From contig JBBRSB010000003.1 of NCBI GenBank assembly GCA_038245785.1, positions 64,001-128,000 of the forward strand: a DNA stretch of 64,000 nt. The letters run 5' to 3'. Origin of the DNA: Gloeobacterales cyanobacterium. GTDB taxonomy: Bacteria > Cyanobacteriota > Cyanobacteriia > Gloeobacterales > PMM-0068. The notes under the pieces are model-generated. The model was not told the origin of the DNA, searched no databases, and worked only from the letters and a program-made list of their open reading frames with translations. A program made the translations under genes and the position numbers. Shown one piece after another: positions 29,480 to 39,873 of the stretch (the stretch's first letter is position 1; each line of letters opens with the position of its first letter).

Positions 29480-30689
29480 GCTTCTGGTTCTAGCGGGAGA
29501 AAATGATGGGTTGGGCGGTACTCTGGTTTCTCGCTCGATGCTGGCCTTGGGATTTAAACAAAGTAGTGTGTCTGAGCAACTACAGATTCTAGTTCAATCT
29601 AACTCATTCATGGAGCAATACTTGCGGGATGCAGGTCACGGATTCTGTTTGCAGCCAGTCGAAGCAAAAGACAGGACCCAATTCATGCAGCGCTCCTTTC
29701 GCTGGGTGAATCAGCAACCCCGAGATTGGCCTTTGCTTCTAGATAACTGTGTTGACAAGCAAGTAATACCAGCCATTTTGAAAGCGACTCTAGCACTGCG
29801 GTTAAGTGGCCGTCCTGTCTATCACTTCTGCCATGATTTATGCCTATCTCACAATGCGCTGGGCTATGCCCTGCGGAAAATTGCTTTCACCTGCCTCTCC
29901 CCGCACGTCCTCTGTAATTCGCAATTCACCGCTACGAACGTCTGCAGTCTGATGTCTGATATCCGGGGAATTCTATACCAGCCTGTAGACCTGGAACAGT
30001 TCCATCAGCGCCCCTCTACCCAGCCAGTTCCTGAAGGATTGAAGCCCATCGTGCAGTCTGGGGCTCGTTTGATGTTGACCCCTTCCCGCATCAATCAAGT
30101 GGGAATTGTCAATGACAAAAATTTGCGGGCACTTATCCCCGTAATTGCTCAACTCAAAGCGATGGGGCATCACTACCACGGCGTGGTGATTGGTCCAGAT
30201 GGTTCTCCCGACCTGGCCAATACTCGTGTCTTGCTCGATCAAGCGGCGGAGGCAGGCGTCGGAGACCGTTTCACCATCTTGCCGCCAATGAACAAGATTG
30301 AAGACTGCTATAAGCATGCCGATATTGTTGTGACGCTTGCCCCACGAGAGCCTTTCGGTCGTACTGTCGTCGAGGCAATTGCCTGTGGCGTCCCGGTCAT
30401 TGGTAGCCGCAGCGGAGGAATTGGTGAAATTCTCAATCATTTCGCACCGCATTGGACCGTTGAACCCAATGACCCTCTAGCAGTGGCGCAGGCGATCCTC
30501 CGGGTTGCTTCTGATCCTATGACATCAGGCATTCTTGCCCACGGCAGAGCTTGGGTCGAGCAACGGTGCAGCGTTCAAGAGTATGCCCGTGGGGTGATGG
30601 AAGTTACGGGCATTACCCATAAGGTCACCCAACCAGAACACCCTCCAATTCATGCTCCATACCCTGACCCCATAGGAGAACGGGCCTAA
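29472..30689 (+). CDS. Glycosyltransferase family 4
   Basis: EPFGRTVVEAIACGVPVI. Confidence 0.9.
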   Translation: MRKLLVLAGENDGLGGTLVSRSMLALGFKQSSVSEQLQILVQSNSFMEQYLRDAGHGFCLQPVEAKDRTQFMQRSFRWVNQQPRDWPLLLDNCVDKQVIPAILKATLALRLSGRPVYHFCHDLCLSHNALGYALRKIAFTCLSPHVLCNSQFTATNVCSLMSDIRGILYQPVDLEQFHQRPSTQPVPEGLKPIVQSGARLMLTPSRINQVGIVNDKNLRALIPVIAQLKAMGHHYHGVVIGPDGSPDLANTRVLLDQAAEAGVGDRFTILPPMNKIEDCYKHADIVVTLAPREPFGRTVVEAIACGVPVIGSRSGGIGEILNHFAPHWTVEPNDPLAVAQAILRVASDPMTSGILAHGRAWVEQRCSVQEYARGVMEVTGITHKVTQPEHPPIHAPYPDPIGERA

Positions 30690-31924
30690 TGCAAAACTCA
30701 CAGCTTCAGGCCTCGACTTTCGTTGAGGCAACTTCTTCAACTGCCGACATCCTGGTAATTTCCCGTGTCTTTCCCCCCGCAGTTGGTGGTATTGAGGAAT
30801 ATGCCTATAACCGCTGCCTGCAAGACCCAGACCGGGTGATTGTTCTGACCGCATCCTGTACAGGAGAAGAGGCTTTTGATCAGGCTCAATCTTTTCCTGT
30901 ACACCGCTGGCCTATGCCGTCTTACCTCCGCTCTGTGGGTAAACTCGGCAGTCTGCTCAAACAGATCGTCAATATGGTTTGGTCATTCATTATGGCGGTC
31001 CAACTTTATGGGCGCTATCGCTATCGCTACATCGAGTGGTGCCATGGTTATGACTTTCCTGCGCTGCTGCTATTGAGCTATGTGCTCCCGATTCGTTTTT
31101 TTGTCTATCTACACGGCAACGATGTCCTTTGCCCAGCCAAAAATCCACTGCTGCATACGCTGTTTGAATGGACTCTGAGCAGAGCAGAAGGGGTCGCTTG
31201 CAATAGTTCTTTCACTCGGGATTACCTGAAAGACCATTTTCGATTTGATGCTCCCACCTACGTGATCACGCCAACGGTCAGACCAGAAAAGTTTGGCCCT
31301 AGAGATCTTTTAAAGAAAGCTCCCGCCTTACGTGCTGCAGTGCGAGCCAAGTACAATATCCCGGAAGAAGCGGTTGTCATCTTGTCCGTCGGGCGTCTTG
31401 TCCGCCGCAAGGGATTCAATCGGGTCATCGAAAATTTACCAACTTTGTTGGCTAAAGGACTAGATGTTTATTACTTAATCTGCGGTCGAGGCCCTTTAGA
31501 AGCTGAACTTAAGGCACTAGCTAGTCAACTCGGTGTCCAGGATCGCGTTCTCTTCGCAGGCTATGTACCGGATGAGCAGCTCGCCAGTTATTACGCTGCC
31601 TGTGACCTGTTCTCGATGCTTACGTTCTTCGATGCAGAAGACAAAAGTATTGAAGGCTTTGGCATCGTCTATTTGGAAGCAGGTTACTTTGCAAAACCTG
31701 TAATCGCTGCACGGGTCGGAGGCGTAGAAGATGCCGTCCACAATTTAGAGACGGGTCTACTGATTGATCCGAATGCTGAGGAGGAGATTACTGACGCTCT
31801 GCTCCAACTCTGCACGGATCAACCCTTGCGGGAACGACTTGGTCTCAATGGTCAAGCTTTAGCCAATCGCAAGATACCTCATCGAATCCTCTATAAAGAT
31901 CGAGTTGTCTCTACCCTTAGCTAA
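30689..31924 (+). CDS. Glycosyltransferase family 4 (PimB-like)
   Basis: FPPAVGGIE, VGRLVRRKG, EGFGIVYLEA. Confidence 0.92.
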   Translation: MQNSQLQASTFVEATSSTADILVISRVFPPAVGGIEEYAYNRCLQDPDRVIVLTASCTGEEAFDQAQSFPVHRWPMPSYLRSVGKLGSLLKQIVNMVWSFIMAVQLYGRYRYRYIEWCHGYDFPALLLLSYVLPIRFFVYLHGNDVLCPAKNPLLHTLFEWTLSRAEGVACNSSFTRDYLKDHFRFDAPTYVITPTVRPEKFGPRDLLKKAPALRAAVRAKYNIPEEAVVILSVGRLVRRKGFNRVIENLPTLLAKGLDVYYLICGRGPLEAELKALASQLGVQDRVLFAGYVPDEQLASYYAACDLFSMLTFFDAEDKSIEGFGIVYLEAGYFAKPVIAARVGGVEDAVHNLETGLLIDPNAEEEITDALLQLCTDQPLRERLGLNGQALANRKIPHRILYKDRVVSTLS

Positions 31925-31953
31925 ACATCAACTGTTCTACATAAGGACTAACT

Positions 31954-33132
31954 ATGAAGCCACAGACTCTAAATAGCCACCAGCAGCTTCAACTCGCTTT
32001 CGTTACGCCCTACGATGCTAGAAATGTAAGAAGTTGGTCAGGTATTCCGTACCATATGTCTCAGGCTTTCACCCATGGGGGCTCTGCCGTTGAATATATT
32101 GGACCCTTGAAGAAAGAATTATTCTCGAAGCTTGCTCTTAGCTCTAAAAAGGCAGCCTATAAACTCTTAGGCAAAAAGTATCTCACTGATTGGGATAAGC
32201 CAATTCTCAAAGGATATGCTCAACAGATATCAAAAATCCTTTCACAAAAAAAAGCAGATTTTATCTTAAGTACAATTAGCTATCCGTTTGCTTTCCTCGA
32301 ATCTGATGCTCAATTTGGATTCTGGTGTGATGGAACCTATGCAGCTATGCTCGATTATTACCAGACTTATAAACACTGTTCTTCTGAAAGTATTGAAACA
32401 GGTTTGGCTTTAGATAAGTCTATTTATCAGCGGTCAAAATTAGCTATATTTGCTTCTGATTGGGCTGCTAAGAGCGCCATTGATGATTATCAGCTAGATG
32501 CGAGCAAAGTTCATGTTGTGCCTATGGGTGCAAATCTTGAATGTAATCGAAATACTCAAGACATAGAAGATATCATTAGGTCTCGGCCTCAAAATCAATG
32601 TAATCTGCTATTTATTGGCATTGAATGGAATAGAAAAGGTGGCGCTGTAGCCTTTGAGGTTGCTCGAAAATTAAACGAATCAGGATTGAAAACCGAATTG
32701 ACTATTGTTGGCTGTGAGCCAATAGTAGATGGCCCATTGCCAAACTATGTCAAGCCTTTAGGCTTTATTAGTAAGTCGACAGAAGAAGGTCGTAATCGCC
32801 TTCATCAACTGTTTAAGGAATCACATTTTCTTATTGTTCCATCTAAAGCTGAGTGTTATGGAATCGTCTTTTGTGAGGCGAATTCCTATGGGTTGCCTTG
32901 CCTTGCTACTACGACAGGAGGTATACCTACCATTATTAAAAATAATATCAATGGGCATACCTATGCTCTTGATGCCTCGATCGATGAATACTGCTCTTTT
33001 ATTACAGAGTTTTTTGGTAATAACAATAGATATACAAATCTAGCTTTATCTTCATTCAACGAGTATAAAACTCGCCTAAATTGGTCTGTAGCCACCAAAA
33101 CAGTTGAACGATTAATTCGAGCAGTGCGTTGA
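31954..33132 (+). CDS. Glycosyltransferase family 4
   Basis: WSGIPY, LFIG.EWNRKG, ECYGIVFCEA. Confidence 0.9.
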   Translation: MKPQTLNSHQQLQLAFVTPYDARNVRSWSGIPYHMSQAFTHGGSAVEYIGPLKKELFSKLALSSKKAAYKLLGKKYLTDWDKPILKGYAQQISKILSQKKADFILSTISYPFAFLESDAQFGFWCDGTYAAMLDYYQTYKHCSSESIETGLALDKSIYQRSKLAIFASDWAAKSAIDDYQLDASKVHVVPMGANLECNRNTQDIEDIIRSRPQNQCNLLFIGIEWNRKGGAVAFEVARKLNESGLKTELTIVGCEPIVDGPLPNYVKPLGFISKSTEEGRNRLHQLFKESHFLIVPSKAECYGIVFCEANSYGLPCLATTTGGIPTIIKNNINGHTYALDASIDEYCSFITEFFGNNNRYTNLALSSFNEYKTRLNWSVATKTVERLIRAVR

Positions 33133-33180
33133 ACTAGCCTCCTACTTTCTATACAGATCAAATTCCCAATTGAAGTTTTC

Positions 33181-34611
33181 ATGACACGGATCGCCACATC
33201 AAAAATTGCTAGCAGCAGCCTATGGTTGGGTGGAAGCTTTGCCTTTGCCAAAGGATTCCAACTTATTTCTCAGGTTGTTCTTGCCCGCCTCCTCGCCCCC
33301 GAAGATTTCGGTATCTGGGCCATGGTTCTGATTTGGACGACTTTATCTGCCCTGTTCAAGGACACGTCTATCGCCCAAGTGTTGGTCCAAAGAGGGTTAG
33401 GTGACCAGAAGCGGGTGAATGCGGTCTATAGCCTGGGCGTTAACATCTCCGTTGGCATGTTTGTCCTGCAATCGCTGGCTGGATTTCCTCTATCCCAGTT
33501 TCTTGGGGTAGCTGTACTATGGCCTCTCACTGCTTGTACCGGCTTGGTTTTTCTGATCAGCGCTGGGACTGGCTCCCATGCAGCTGTCATGCAGCAGCAG
33601 ATGCGCTTCAAAGAGATTGCGATCTGTGATGCCATAGCCAGTTTGGCGAGACTGGCAGGTTCCCTCGCCTGTGCACTCTATGGTGGTGGAGTCTGGGCCT
33701 TTGCGGCGGGAGAACTGGCCGCTGCATTGACTGATTCCCTCCTCAAGCGTTGGCTGAGTGGCTACCGCTTTACTTATCACCTGATTCCAGATTCAGAGGC
33801 TCTTCGCGAGGTGCGGGGCTTTGTCAGCAGCATGGTGGGGATAAATCTGGCCGTTCAGGCCAATACAAACGGAGACAATTTAGTTATTGGTCGCTTGCTC
33901 GGAGCACAGGCACTCGGCTACTACAACCTTGCCTATCAACTAGCGATGCTACCTGTCTTTGCGCTATCGCAGATTAATCGGGTGAGCTTTTCCGTTCTAT
34001 CTTCTCTGGACAAGCCAGCCAAACAAGCGTACGTCTGTCAGGCCCTAGAGCTATACGCCATCTTGTCTGCTCCAATCTATGGAGTTGCCTTTGTGCTCTC
34101 TCCCTTACTTATTCCCTGGCTCTATGGACCTGCATGGACAGCAGCCGTATTAATTTTTCAGCTAGTACTGGTTTTTGCTTATGCACGGGGGTTTATGGGC
34201 ATTCTAGGAACAGCTTTGAATGCTCTGGATAGACCGGATACCAATGCGGCAATTAACTGGGCACTCGTGCCCCTTTCGATTCCTTCCTACCTGCTAGGAG
34301 CCTGGCTCGGGGGAACAACAGGAGTCGCCATTGCCGTAGCTATCGTTATGGGCATTGGAGCAACGATCTGGTTTTGGATAGCGACCTGTCGCGTGGCTGG
34401 CTGGAAACTGAGCACTTTCTTAGAGCCGGTTCTACTGCCCAGCTTAGTTGTGGTGATTGCGGTAGCGACGGTGACTATGACTTCCGTACCGATTATTTGG
34501 CAACCTCTGATTGTCCTCAGCATCTATGGGCTGAGCTTAGTTATATTTTCTTCCGGTCGGATTCCCCAGATGCTCTTCACCTTAGGGAGACGCGCTCTTG
34601 CAGACAAATAA
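33181..34611 (+). CDS. wzx: Wzx flippase (WzxC-like)
   Basis: VLARLLAPEDFG, DNLVIGRLLG..ALGYYNLAY; multiple TM segments. Confidence 0.9.
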   Translation: MTRIATSKIASSSLWLGGSFAFAKGFQLISQVVLARLLAPEDFGIWAMVLIWTTLSALFKDTSIAQVLVQRGLGDQKRVNAVYSLGVNISVGMFVLQSLAGFPLSQFLGVAVLWPLTACTGLVFLISAGTGSHAAVMQQQMRFKEIAICDAIASLARLAGSLACALYGGGVWAFAAGELAAALTDSLLKRWLSGYRFTYHLIPDSEALREVRGFVSSMVGINLAVQANTNGDNLVIGRLLGAQALGYYNLAYQLAMLPVFALSQINRVSFSVLSSLDKPAKQAYVCQALELYAILSAPIYGVAFVLSPLLIPWLYGPAWTAAVLIFQLVLVFAYARGFMGILGTALNALDRPDTNAAINWALVPLSIPSYLLGAWLGGTTGVAIAVAIVMGIGATIWFWIATCRVAGWKLSTFLEPVLLPSLVVVIAVATVTMTSVPIIWQPLIVLSIYGLSLVIFSSGRIPQMLFTLGRRALADK

Positions 34612-35725
34612 AGACAATCAAGCTGTTGAGATAGGTTCAGTTGCAGTGCTTGAACAACCCTCTAGCCAAGCAAGCCGGAGGTTGTTCTTCCTGGATTTAC
34701 TTAAAGCAGTCTGTATCACAGCCGTGGTTTCGTACCATGCTGTCTTTGTTCCTCGGACAAGCTATACAGACAGTCTAAATCTGATGGAAGTACTCTTTGC
34801 ACCTTTACGATTCTGTGTGCCAGTTCTTCTCACCATTTCCTTTCTTCTATTCGAGCGGGGGATGGCACGTCAGGTTGGCCCTGTCTGGCCTTCCTTGCGT
34901 AAGCGCCTCATGCGGCTTGCCATTCCTACGGTCTTCTGGTTTAGCTTAGTGCTCTGTTTAAAGGCATTTAGGGGCAGCACCCCAGAAGAACTCATCGGTG
35001 AAGTATTGAGCGGAAACATTTTCCAGGGAGCCTACTATCTCTTAGTCCTGTTCCAGTTTGTACTGGTCTTTCCCTGGATAAGGAACTGGTTCGGTCAACT
35101 TAGAAATGTTGTGATTACGGTTTTTCTCCAATTTTCAGTCTTTCTCTCCATCTATGCGCTCCTTTTACAGGACAACGAATCACAGGTACTCATAGCACTC
35201 AAAAGTATCGGGCGACCCAATTTCATTTATTGGTTAGTTTACATGGCTCTGGGGGTATACTTTGCTAGGCATTTGCCTCAAGCTATAGACTTCTCTAGGC
35301 GTCTTTCCCAGAAGAGAAAAACACTTCTGCTGGGGGGTACCGCTGTGCTGATGGGCCTTGAGTATCACTGGTTACTATCGGCTACGAAGGGGTCCGTCCC
35401 ACCCTTCGACTATGTCCTAGTAACCTGTGTGCTGAGCGTTCTAGTCGCCTTTCTTTGCTTTGCCTGTGTAGAAGAAACGCAGCTACCCGCACCAGTGACT
35501 AAAGCGGTCTCACTACTCGCGAACTATAGCCTTGGGATCTTTTGCTGCAACGGGATCTTAAGTGAGGTTTTCCTTTCACTCGGGACTCACGCATTCGCTG
35601 GGGCAACATTCGATTTTCCTGTTATCTTCTTGCTGAAATTGGCAGGTTGGGGTTTCCTTCTTACTGTTTCACTCGGGCTATCCATACTGTTGGACCGCTT
35701 GGGTCTGGGTGTTTGCGTTCGTTAG
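34598..35725 (+). CDS. Acyltransferase-3 family membrane protein
   Basis: LDLLKA....VVSYH, RFCVP, YSLGIF. Confidence 0.8.
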   Translation: MQTNKDNQAVEIGSVAVLEQPSSQASRRLFFLDLLKAVCITAVVSYHAVFVPRTSYTDSLNLMEVLFAPLRFCVPVLLTISFLLFERGMARQVGPVWPSLRKRLMRLAIPTVFWFSLVLCLKAFRGSTPEELIGEVLSGNIFQGAYYLLVLFQFVLVFPWIRNWFGQLRNVVITVFLQFSVFLSIYALLLQDNESQVLIALKSIGRPNFIYWLVYMALGVYFARHLPQAIDFSRRLSQKRKTLLLGGTAVLMGLEYHWLLSATKGSVPPFDYVLVTCVLSVLVAFLCFACVEETQLPAPVTKAVSLLANYSLGIFCCNGILSEVFLSLGTHAFAGATFDFPVIFLLKLAGWGFLLTVSLGLSILLDRLGLGVCVR

Positions 35726-35754
35726 TTTTTGTTCTTCATTAGAGATCAATTGTC

Positions 35755-36204
35755 ATGAAACTAGTACTGGTTTGCAATCCAGGGGGTCATTTTTCGACCA
35801 TGCTGGGGCTCGAAGAACTATGGTCTAAACATCAGCGTGAGTGGGTCACGTATTCCCGAGCTGATACAGAAAAACTTCGGGGTAAAGAAGTAGTCCACTG
35901 GGTCATCAAACAGGAAGCAAGAAAAACTGGCAGTACCCTAGTGAATTTTTGGAAAGCACTATGGATTCTGCACAAGAGTCGGCCAGATTTAGTCATTTCA
36001 ACAGGGTCGAGCTTAGCCGTTCCCTTTATATTTGCCAGCAAGTTATTCGGTATCAAGACTATTTTTGTGGAAAGTATCTCACGTTCCTATGACTTAAGTC
36101 TGGCAGGGAAACTAGTTTACAAAATAGTCGATGAAATTTATGTTCAATGGCCGGAGTGTTCTCAAAGTTATCCAAAAGCTCAATACAGGGGGATGGTTCT
36201 ATGA
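35755..36204 (+). CDS. Alg14/PssD/CpsF-like glycosyltransferase subunit
   Basis: CNPGGH, PDLVISTG, FVESISR, YVQWP. Confidence 0.9.
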   Translation: MKLVLVCNPGGHFSTMLGLEELWSKHQREWVTYSRADTEKLRGKEVVHWVIKQEARKTGSTLVNFWKALWILHKSRPDLVISTGSSLAVPFIFASKLFGIKTIFVESISRSYDLSLAGKLVYKIVDEIYVQWPECSQSYPKAQYRGMVL

Positions 36205-36680
36205 TTTTCTTTACCTTGGGAACTGCTTCTTTCCCCTTTGATCGTTCTATTCTTTGGTTAGAAAAATTACTAACACAAGAAATTATTAAGGAGCCTGTAT
36301 TACTACAGCATGGAATAACTCCAGTTCGTTTACAACATCCTCTCTTGACTGCAGTGGCTTCCCTCAGTCCCGATGAGATGTATAAGGCTGTGAGCAAATC
36401 CTCTTTGGTCGTATCTCACGCGGGTCAGGGTTCAACGCGTATGTTAGCCCAAAGGGGGGCTAGTTTTGTACTTTTACCCCGACTGAAAAAATTTGGAGAA
36501 CACATAGATGACCATCAATTGCTGTTTGCTACGGCGGTAGAGAAACTGGGAGTGAACTACTGTATAAAAATTGAAGATCTGACCCGATATATACAACACC
36601 CACCCCGGCCTTTCAAAGGTGAATTATTACAGGCACCTTCTTTGGCTAGTTATCTTTCCTCACGCTTTGTGACTGCCTAA
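36201..36680 (+). CDS. Alg13/PssE/CpsG-like glycosyltransferase subunit (GT28 C-terminal)
   Basis: MIFFTLGT..PFDR, SHAG.GS, PR...GEHIDDHQ; ATGA overlap with the previous gene. Confidence 0.9.
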   Translation: MIFFTLGTASFPFDRSILWLEKLLTQEIIKEPVLLQHGITPVRLQHPLLTAVASLSPDEMYKAVSKSSLVVSHAGQGSTRMLAQRGASFVLLPRLKKFGEHIDDHQLLFATAVEKLGVNYCIKIEDLTRYIQHPPRPFKGELLQAPSLASYLSSRFVTA

Positions 36681-36848
36681 GAAATTAGATCTAACTGGCT
36701 CAAGGGTAATAGCAAAGCAGATCATTCTTCTATCAGCAGTGAGCACTAGAATTTTCTTGGCAGGAGCCCGTTAAGGGCCTATTGAGTGACGGATCTTTGG
36801 AGATCTTTAATGTCCGTCCAATGTTCTTCTTATCCATAGGTGTTCAAC

Positions 36849-37979
36849 ATGCAAGTTGCAATCGTTCATGATTATCTGAATCAATTCGGAGGTGCCGAGC
36901 GGGTCGTTTGTGAACTAGCTAACCTTTACCAGGAAGCTCCTATCTACACTTCCCTCTACCACCCAGAGTTTACCTGGCCAGAATTAAAAGAGGCTTCCAT
37001 CCAGACTTCCTGGTTACAAAACTTGCCCCTTAGTCATAAGTATTTCAAGCTCCTCTTACCCCTATATCCATTCGTTTTCGATGGAATGAAGCTTTCTGGC
37101 TACGATGTCGTTCTCTCTTCCTCCAGTTCCTTCGCCAAAGGGGTTCAGTGTGATGAAGGAACGATTCACATTTGTTATTGTCATTCTCCAACCCGCTTTT
37201 TGTGGTTCTATGACGAATACGTGCGTTTGGAAAAGCATGTTTCTAGCATCAAACCATTGCTCATGCCTATAGTTGATCTTCTACGCAATTGGGACTTAGT
37301 GGCTTGCCATCGACCTGACTATTACATTGCCAACTCTTCAGCGGTACAAAAGCGCATCCGCAAAATCTATCACCGGGACTCCTGTGTTATTCATCCTCCT
37401 ATTGATGTAGAGCGGTTCCAAGTTAGTAAACGTGATGAGGGTTACTACTTGATTGTCTCTCGCTTGAATGCATACAAACGTATAGATCTGGTAGTACAGG
37501 CTTTTAACGAGTTAGATTTGCCCTTGGTGATTATCGGTGATGGTCCCCACCGTGGGGCCTTAGAGGCGATGGCAAAACCAAATATTCACTTTACGGGTCG
37601 TCTACCCGATCAGGAAGTCACTCAGTATTTTCAAGATTGCCGAGCATTTCTTTTCCCAGGAGAAGAAGACTTTGGGATCACGCCCTTAGAGGCTAACGCT
37701 TGTGGCAAACCTGTCATTGCATATGGCGCAGGAGGGGCTCTAGACAGCATCACAGAAGGGCTCAACGGTGTGTTTTTTCGCGATCAAACAGTACCAGCGC
37801 TTAAAGAGGCAGTACTGGCCAGTTTAGAGATAGTCTGGGACCCCAGAGCAATTCGCACACACGCTGAGCGTTTCAGTCCAGAGGTATTTCAAAAGAAGAT
37901 TGCGCAGTTTGTTTCTCAAATTGTGATGAATAGGGCAGTAGAATATGCACCGATTCCATCAGTTTTCAGGACCACTTAG
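36849..37979 (+). CDS. Glycosyltransferase family 4 (WbaZ-like mannosyltransferase)
   Basis: VAIVHDYL...GGAERV, SSS..AKG, CYCHSP.R, EEDFGITPLEA. Confidence 0.9.
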   Translation: MQVAIVHDYLNQFGGAERVVCELANLYQEAPIYTSLYHPEFTWPELKEASIQTSWLQNLPLSHKYFKLLLPLYPFVFDGMKLSGYDVVLSSSSSFAKGVQCDEGTIHICYCHSPTRFLWFYDEYVRLEKHVSSIKPLLMPIVDLLRNWDLVACHRPDYYIANSSAVQKRIRKIYHRDSCVIHPPIDVERFQVSKRDEGYYLIVSRLNAYKRIDLVVQAFNELDLPLVIIGDGPHRGALEAMAKPNIHFTGRLPDQEVTQYFQDCRAFLFPGEEDFGITPLEANACGKPVIAYGAGGALDSITEGLNGVFFRDQTVPALKEAVLASLEIVWDPRAIRTHAERFSPEVFQKKIAQFVSQIVMNRAVEYAPIPSVFRTT

Positions 37980-38105
37980 TGCGCCTTCGAAAGCATTGAA
38001 CAAAATAGATTCACTGTCCTTATAGATAGTAATGACTATTAATGGACATTCCGCAGCTACCTGTTTTTACTGCCGTTTAGACACAAGCACCACGAGAAAT
38101 CACAC

Positions 38106-38260
38106 ATGTCCCCTAGAAAAGTTCTACTTGCCCTAGTTTGGGCCACAGGTACACTTTTATCCTCATCTTTATTCGCCCAGAAACCAAGGATCCCAAACAT
38201 GCCCAGCGCGTACAGCAAGCTGAACAAGAACAGTTAAAACATGCTCAGACGGGACGTTAA
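38106..38260 (+). pseudogene. Frameshifted single-repeat paralog of the 44394 repeat-protein gene
   Basis: MSPRKVLLALV...FAQ, then a 2-nt insertion (GCCCAGAAACC vs GCCCAGACC); the shifted frame reads TKDPKHAQRVQQAEQEQLKHAQTGR*; flanking DNA is also homologous. Confidence 0.8.
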
Positions 38261-38392
38261 GCATACTCAAAGGATTGTCATGCAAAGCCTATCTGCTTCC
38301 GCAAGCGATTGGGCTTTCCTCGCCGGATATACAGTCGCTGCGTTGAATTGATATCTTGTCCGCTGTGCTACTTCAACAAAATGGATAGACCC

Positions 38393-39802
38393 ATGGTTAA
38401 TTCTTCGATTAATTCGTCGCCCATAGACGCACTTACAGATCTTCGTTCCCCAATGATTGCCCGCTTTCGGTCCGGAATGAGTGCTAGCGGCTTTAGAGTG
38501 ATGACGCTCATCGTGCTCGATAGTATCTTGCTTCTCACTGCTTGGGCTATGGTGAAAGGCTCACTCGGTATTATGTCGAGTCTCTTACTTGTTCTAAGTA
38601 TCAGCCTTCTCGCCGTCAGCGGACTTTACGAGTCAGGTAACGCTCGACGCAACTATTTCAGCCTTTTTAAGCCCTTGACCCTCGTACAACTGATTCACCT
38701 TTTTTATGCGCAAGCCCTGAACATACCGTTGGTAAGTTTGAGTCTTTGGGGCAGTTGGTTATTGGGCATTGTTTTTGTTTGTGCAGGTCGTCTTGGGCTA
38801 GATGCGATCGTCGGTAATCTGCGGAGTCAGGGTGAAGCTCGCTACCCTGCTTTTCTTATAGGAACATCGGCAGACCTTGCTCAGACGGCTAAACTACTGG
38901 AGCAGGATGGACGATATGTCTTACAGGGTCAAGCAGATGTTCTATATGTGGATCGAAACCGTTGGAATAGAACGCTCGAGAGAATCCAAAGCCTCGGTGT
39001 TACTGAAGTTTTTGTTTCCAATTGGAGTGCTATTAAAGACCCTCTATTTCTTTACTGGAACTTGCAAACTAGCGGTATTTCGCTAACCATTCTGCCGATT
39101 GGTCCTATCGGTTTAGAAGTGCCCCATCAACGTTCACAAATGCTTATGGTGGCAGGCTTACCAGCGCTGCGTTTTCGTCCACCTCTAATTACAGGGACCA
39201 ATTTTTGGGTAAAGCGCTGCTTTGATTTTTTTGTAGCTTCTCTTCTATTGCTGTTGATATCTCCATTGCTGATAGCAATTGCCCTATGTATTAAGCTGAA
39301 CTCAGCAGGACCAGTCTTCTTTAACCAGACTCGCATTGGGCTCCATGGTCAACCATTCAAGGTTTGGAAATTCCGTACCATGGTGAGTAATGCTGAACAA
39401 CTATTCAAGGAGCTTGAAGCCCAAAATCAGAGTAAAGATGGAGTACTTTTCAAGCTCAAGGAAGACCCGCGAGTAACTAAAGTAGGAAGTTTTTTGCGCC
39501 AATACAGTCTTGATGAACTACCCCAGCTCTTCAATATACTCTTTGGTCAGATGAGCTTAGTTGGTCCTCGTCCTTTTTCCACCCGTGATGCTGGAAAGTT
39601 GTCTGCTCATCACGCTGATCGGCATATAGTACTCCCTGGCATAACAGGTTTGTGGCAGGTTTCAGGTCGTTCTGACGCGATGGATATTGATCACGTCGTC
39701 CGTTTGGATGTTAGCTACATTCAGAATTGGTCTTTATGGTTAGATTTCAAAATACTGCTACGGACGATTCTTGTAGTGCTGCGGAAAGAGGGAGCTTATT
39801 AA
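38393..39802 (+). CDS. Priming sugar transferase (WcaJ-like polyprenyl glycosylphosphotransferase)
   Basis: [43 protein letters not shown]; start may be 38381. Confidence 0.9.
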   Translation: MVNSSINSSPIDALTDLRSPMIARFRSGMSASGFRVMTLIVLDSILLLTAWAMVKGSLGIMSSLLLVLSISLLAVSGLYESGNARRNYFSLFKPLTLVQLIHLFYAQALNIPLVSLSLWGSWLLGIVFVCAGRLGLDAIVGNLRSQGEARYPAFLIGTSADLAQTAKLLEQDGRYVLQGQADVLYVDRNRWNRTLERIQSLGVTEVFVSNWSAIKDPLFLYWNLQTSGISLTILPIGPIGLEVPHQRSQMLMVAGLPALRFRPPLITGTNFWVKRCFDFFVASLLLLLISPLLIAIALCIKLNSAGPVFFNQTRIGLHGQPFKVWKFRTMVSNAEQLFKELEAQNQSKDGVLFKLKEDPRVTKVGSFLRQYSLDELPQLFNILFGQMSLVGPRPFSTRDAGKLSAHHADRHIVLPGITGLWQVSGRSDAMDIDHVVRLDVSYIQNWSLWLDFKILLRTILVVLRKEGAY

Positions 39803-39873
39803 ACTGATGGCTCCAGTCGAGCTTGGAAAAAACGGGGGACTACTGTGGAAGCATTTGGTTATAGTTATGCCCT

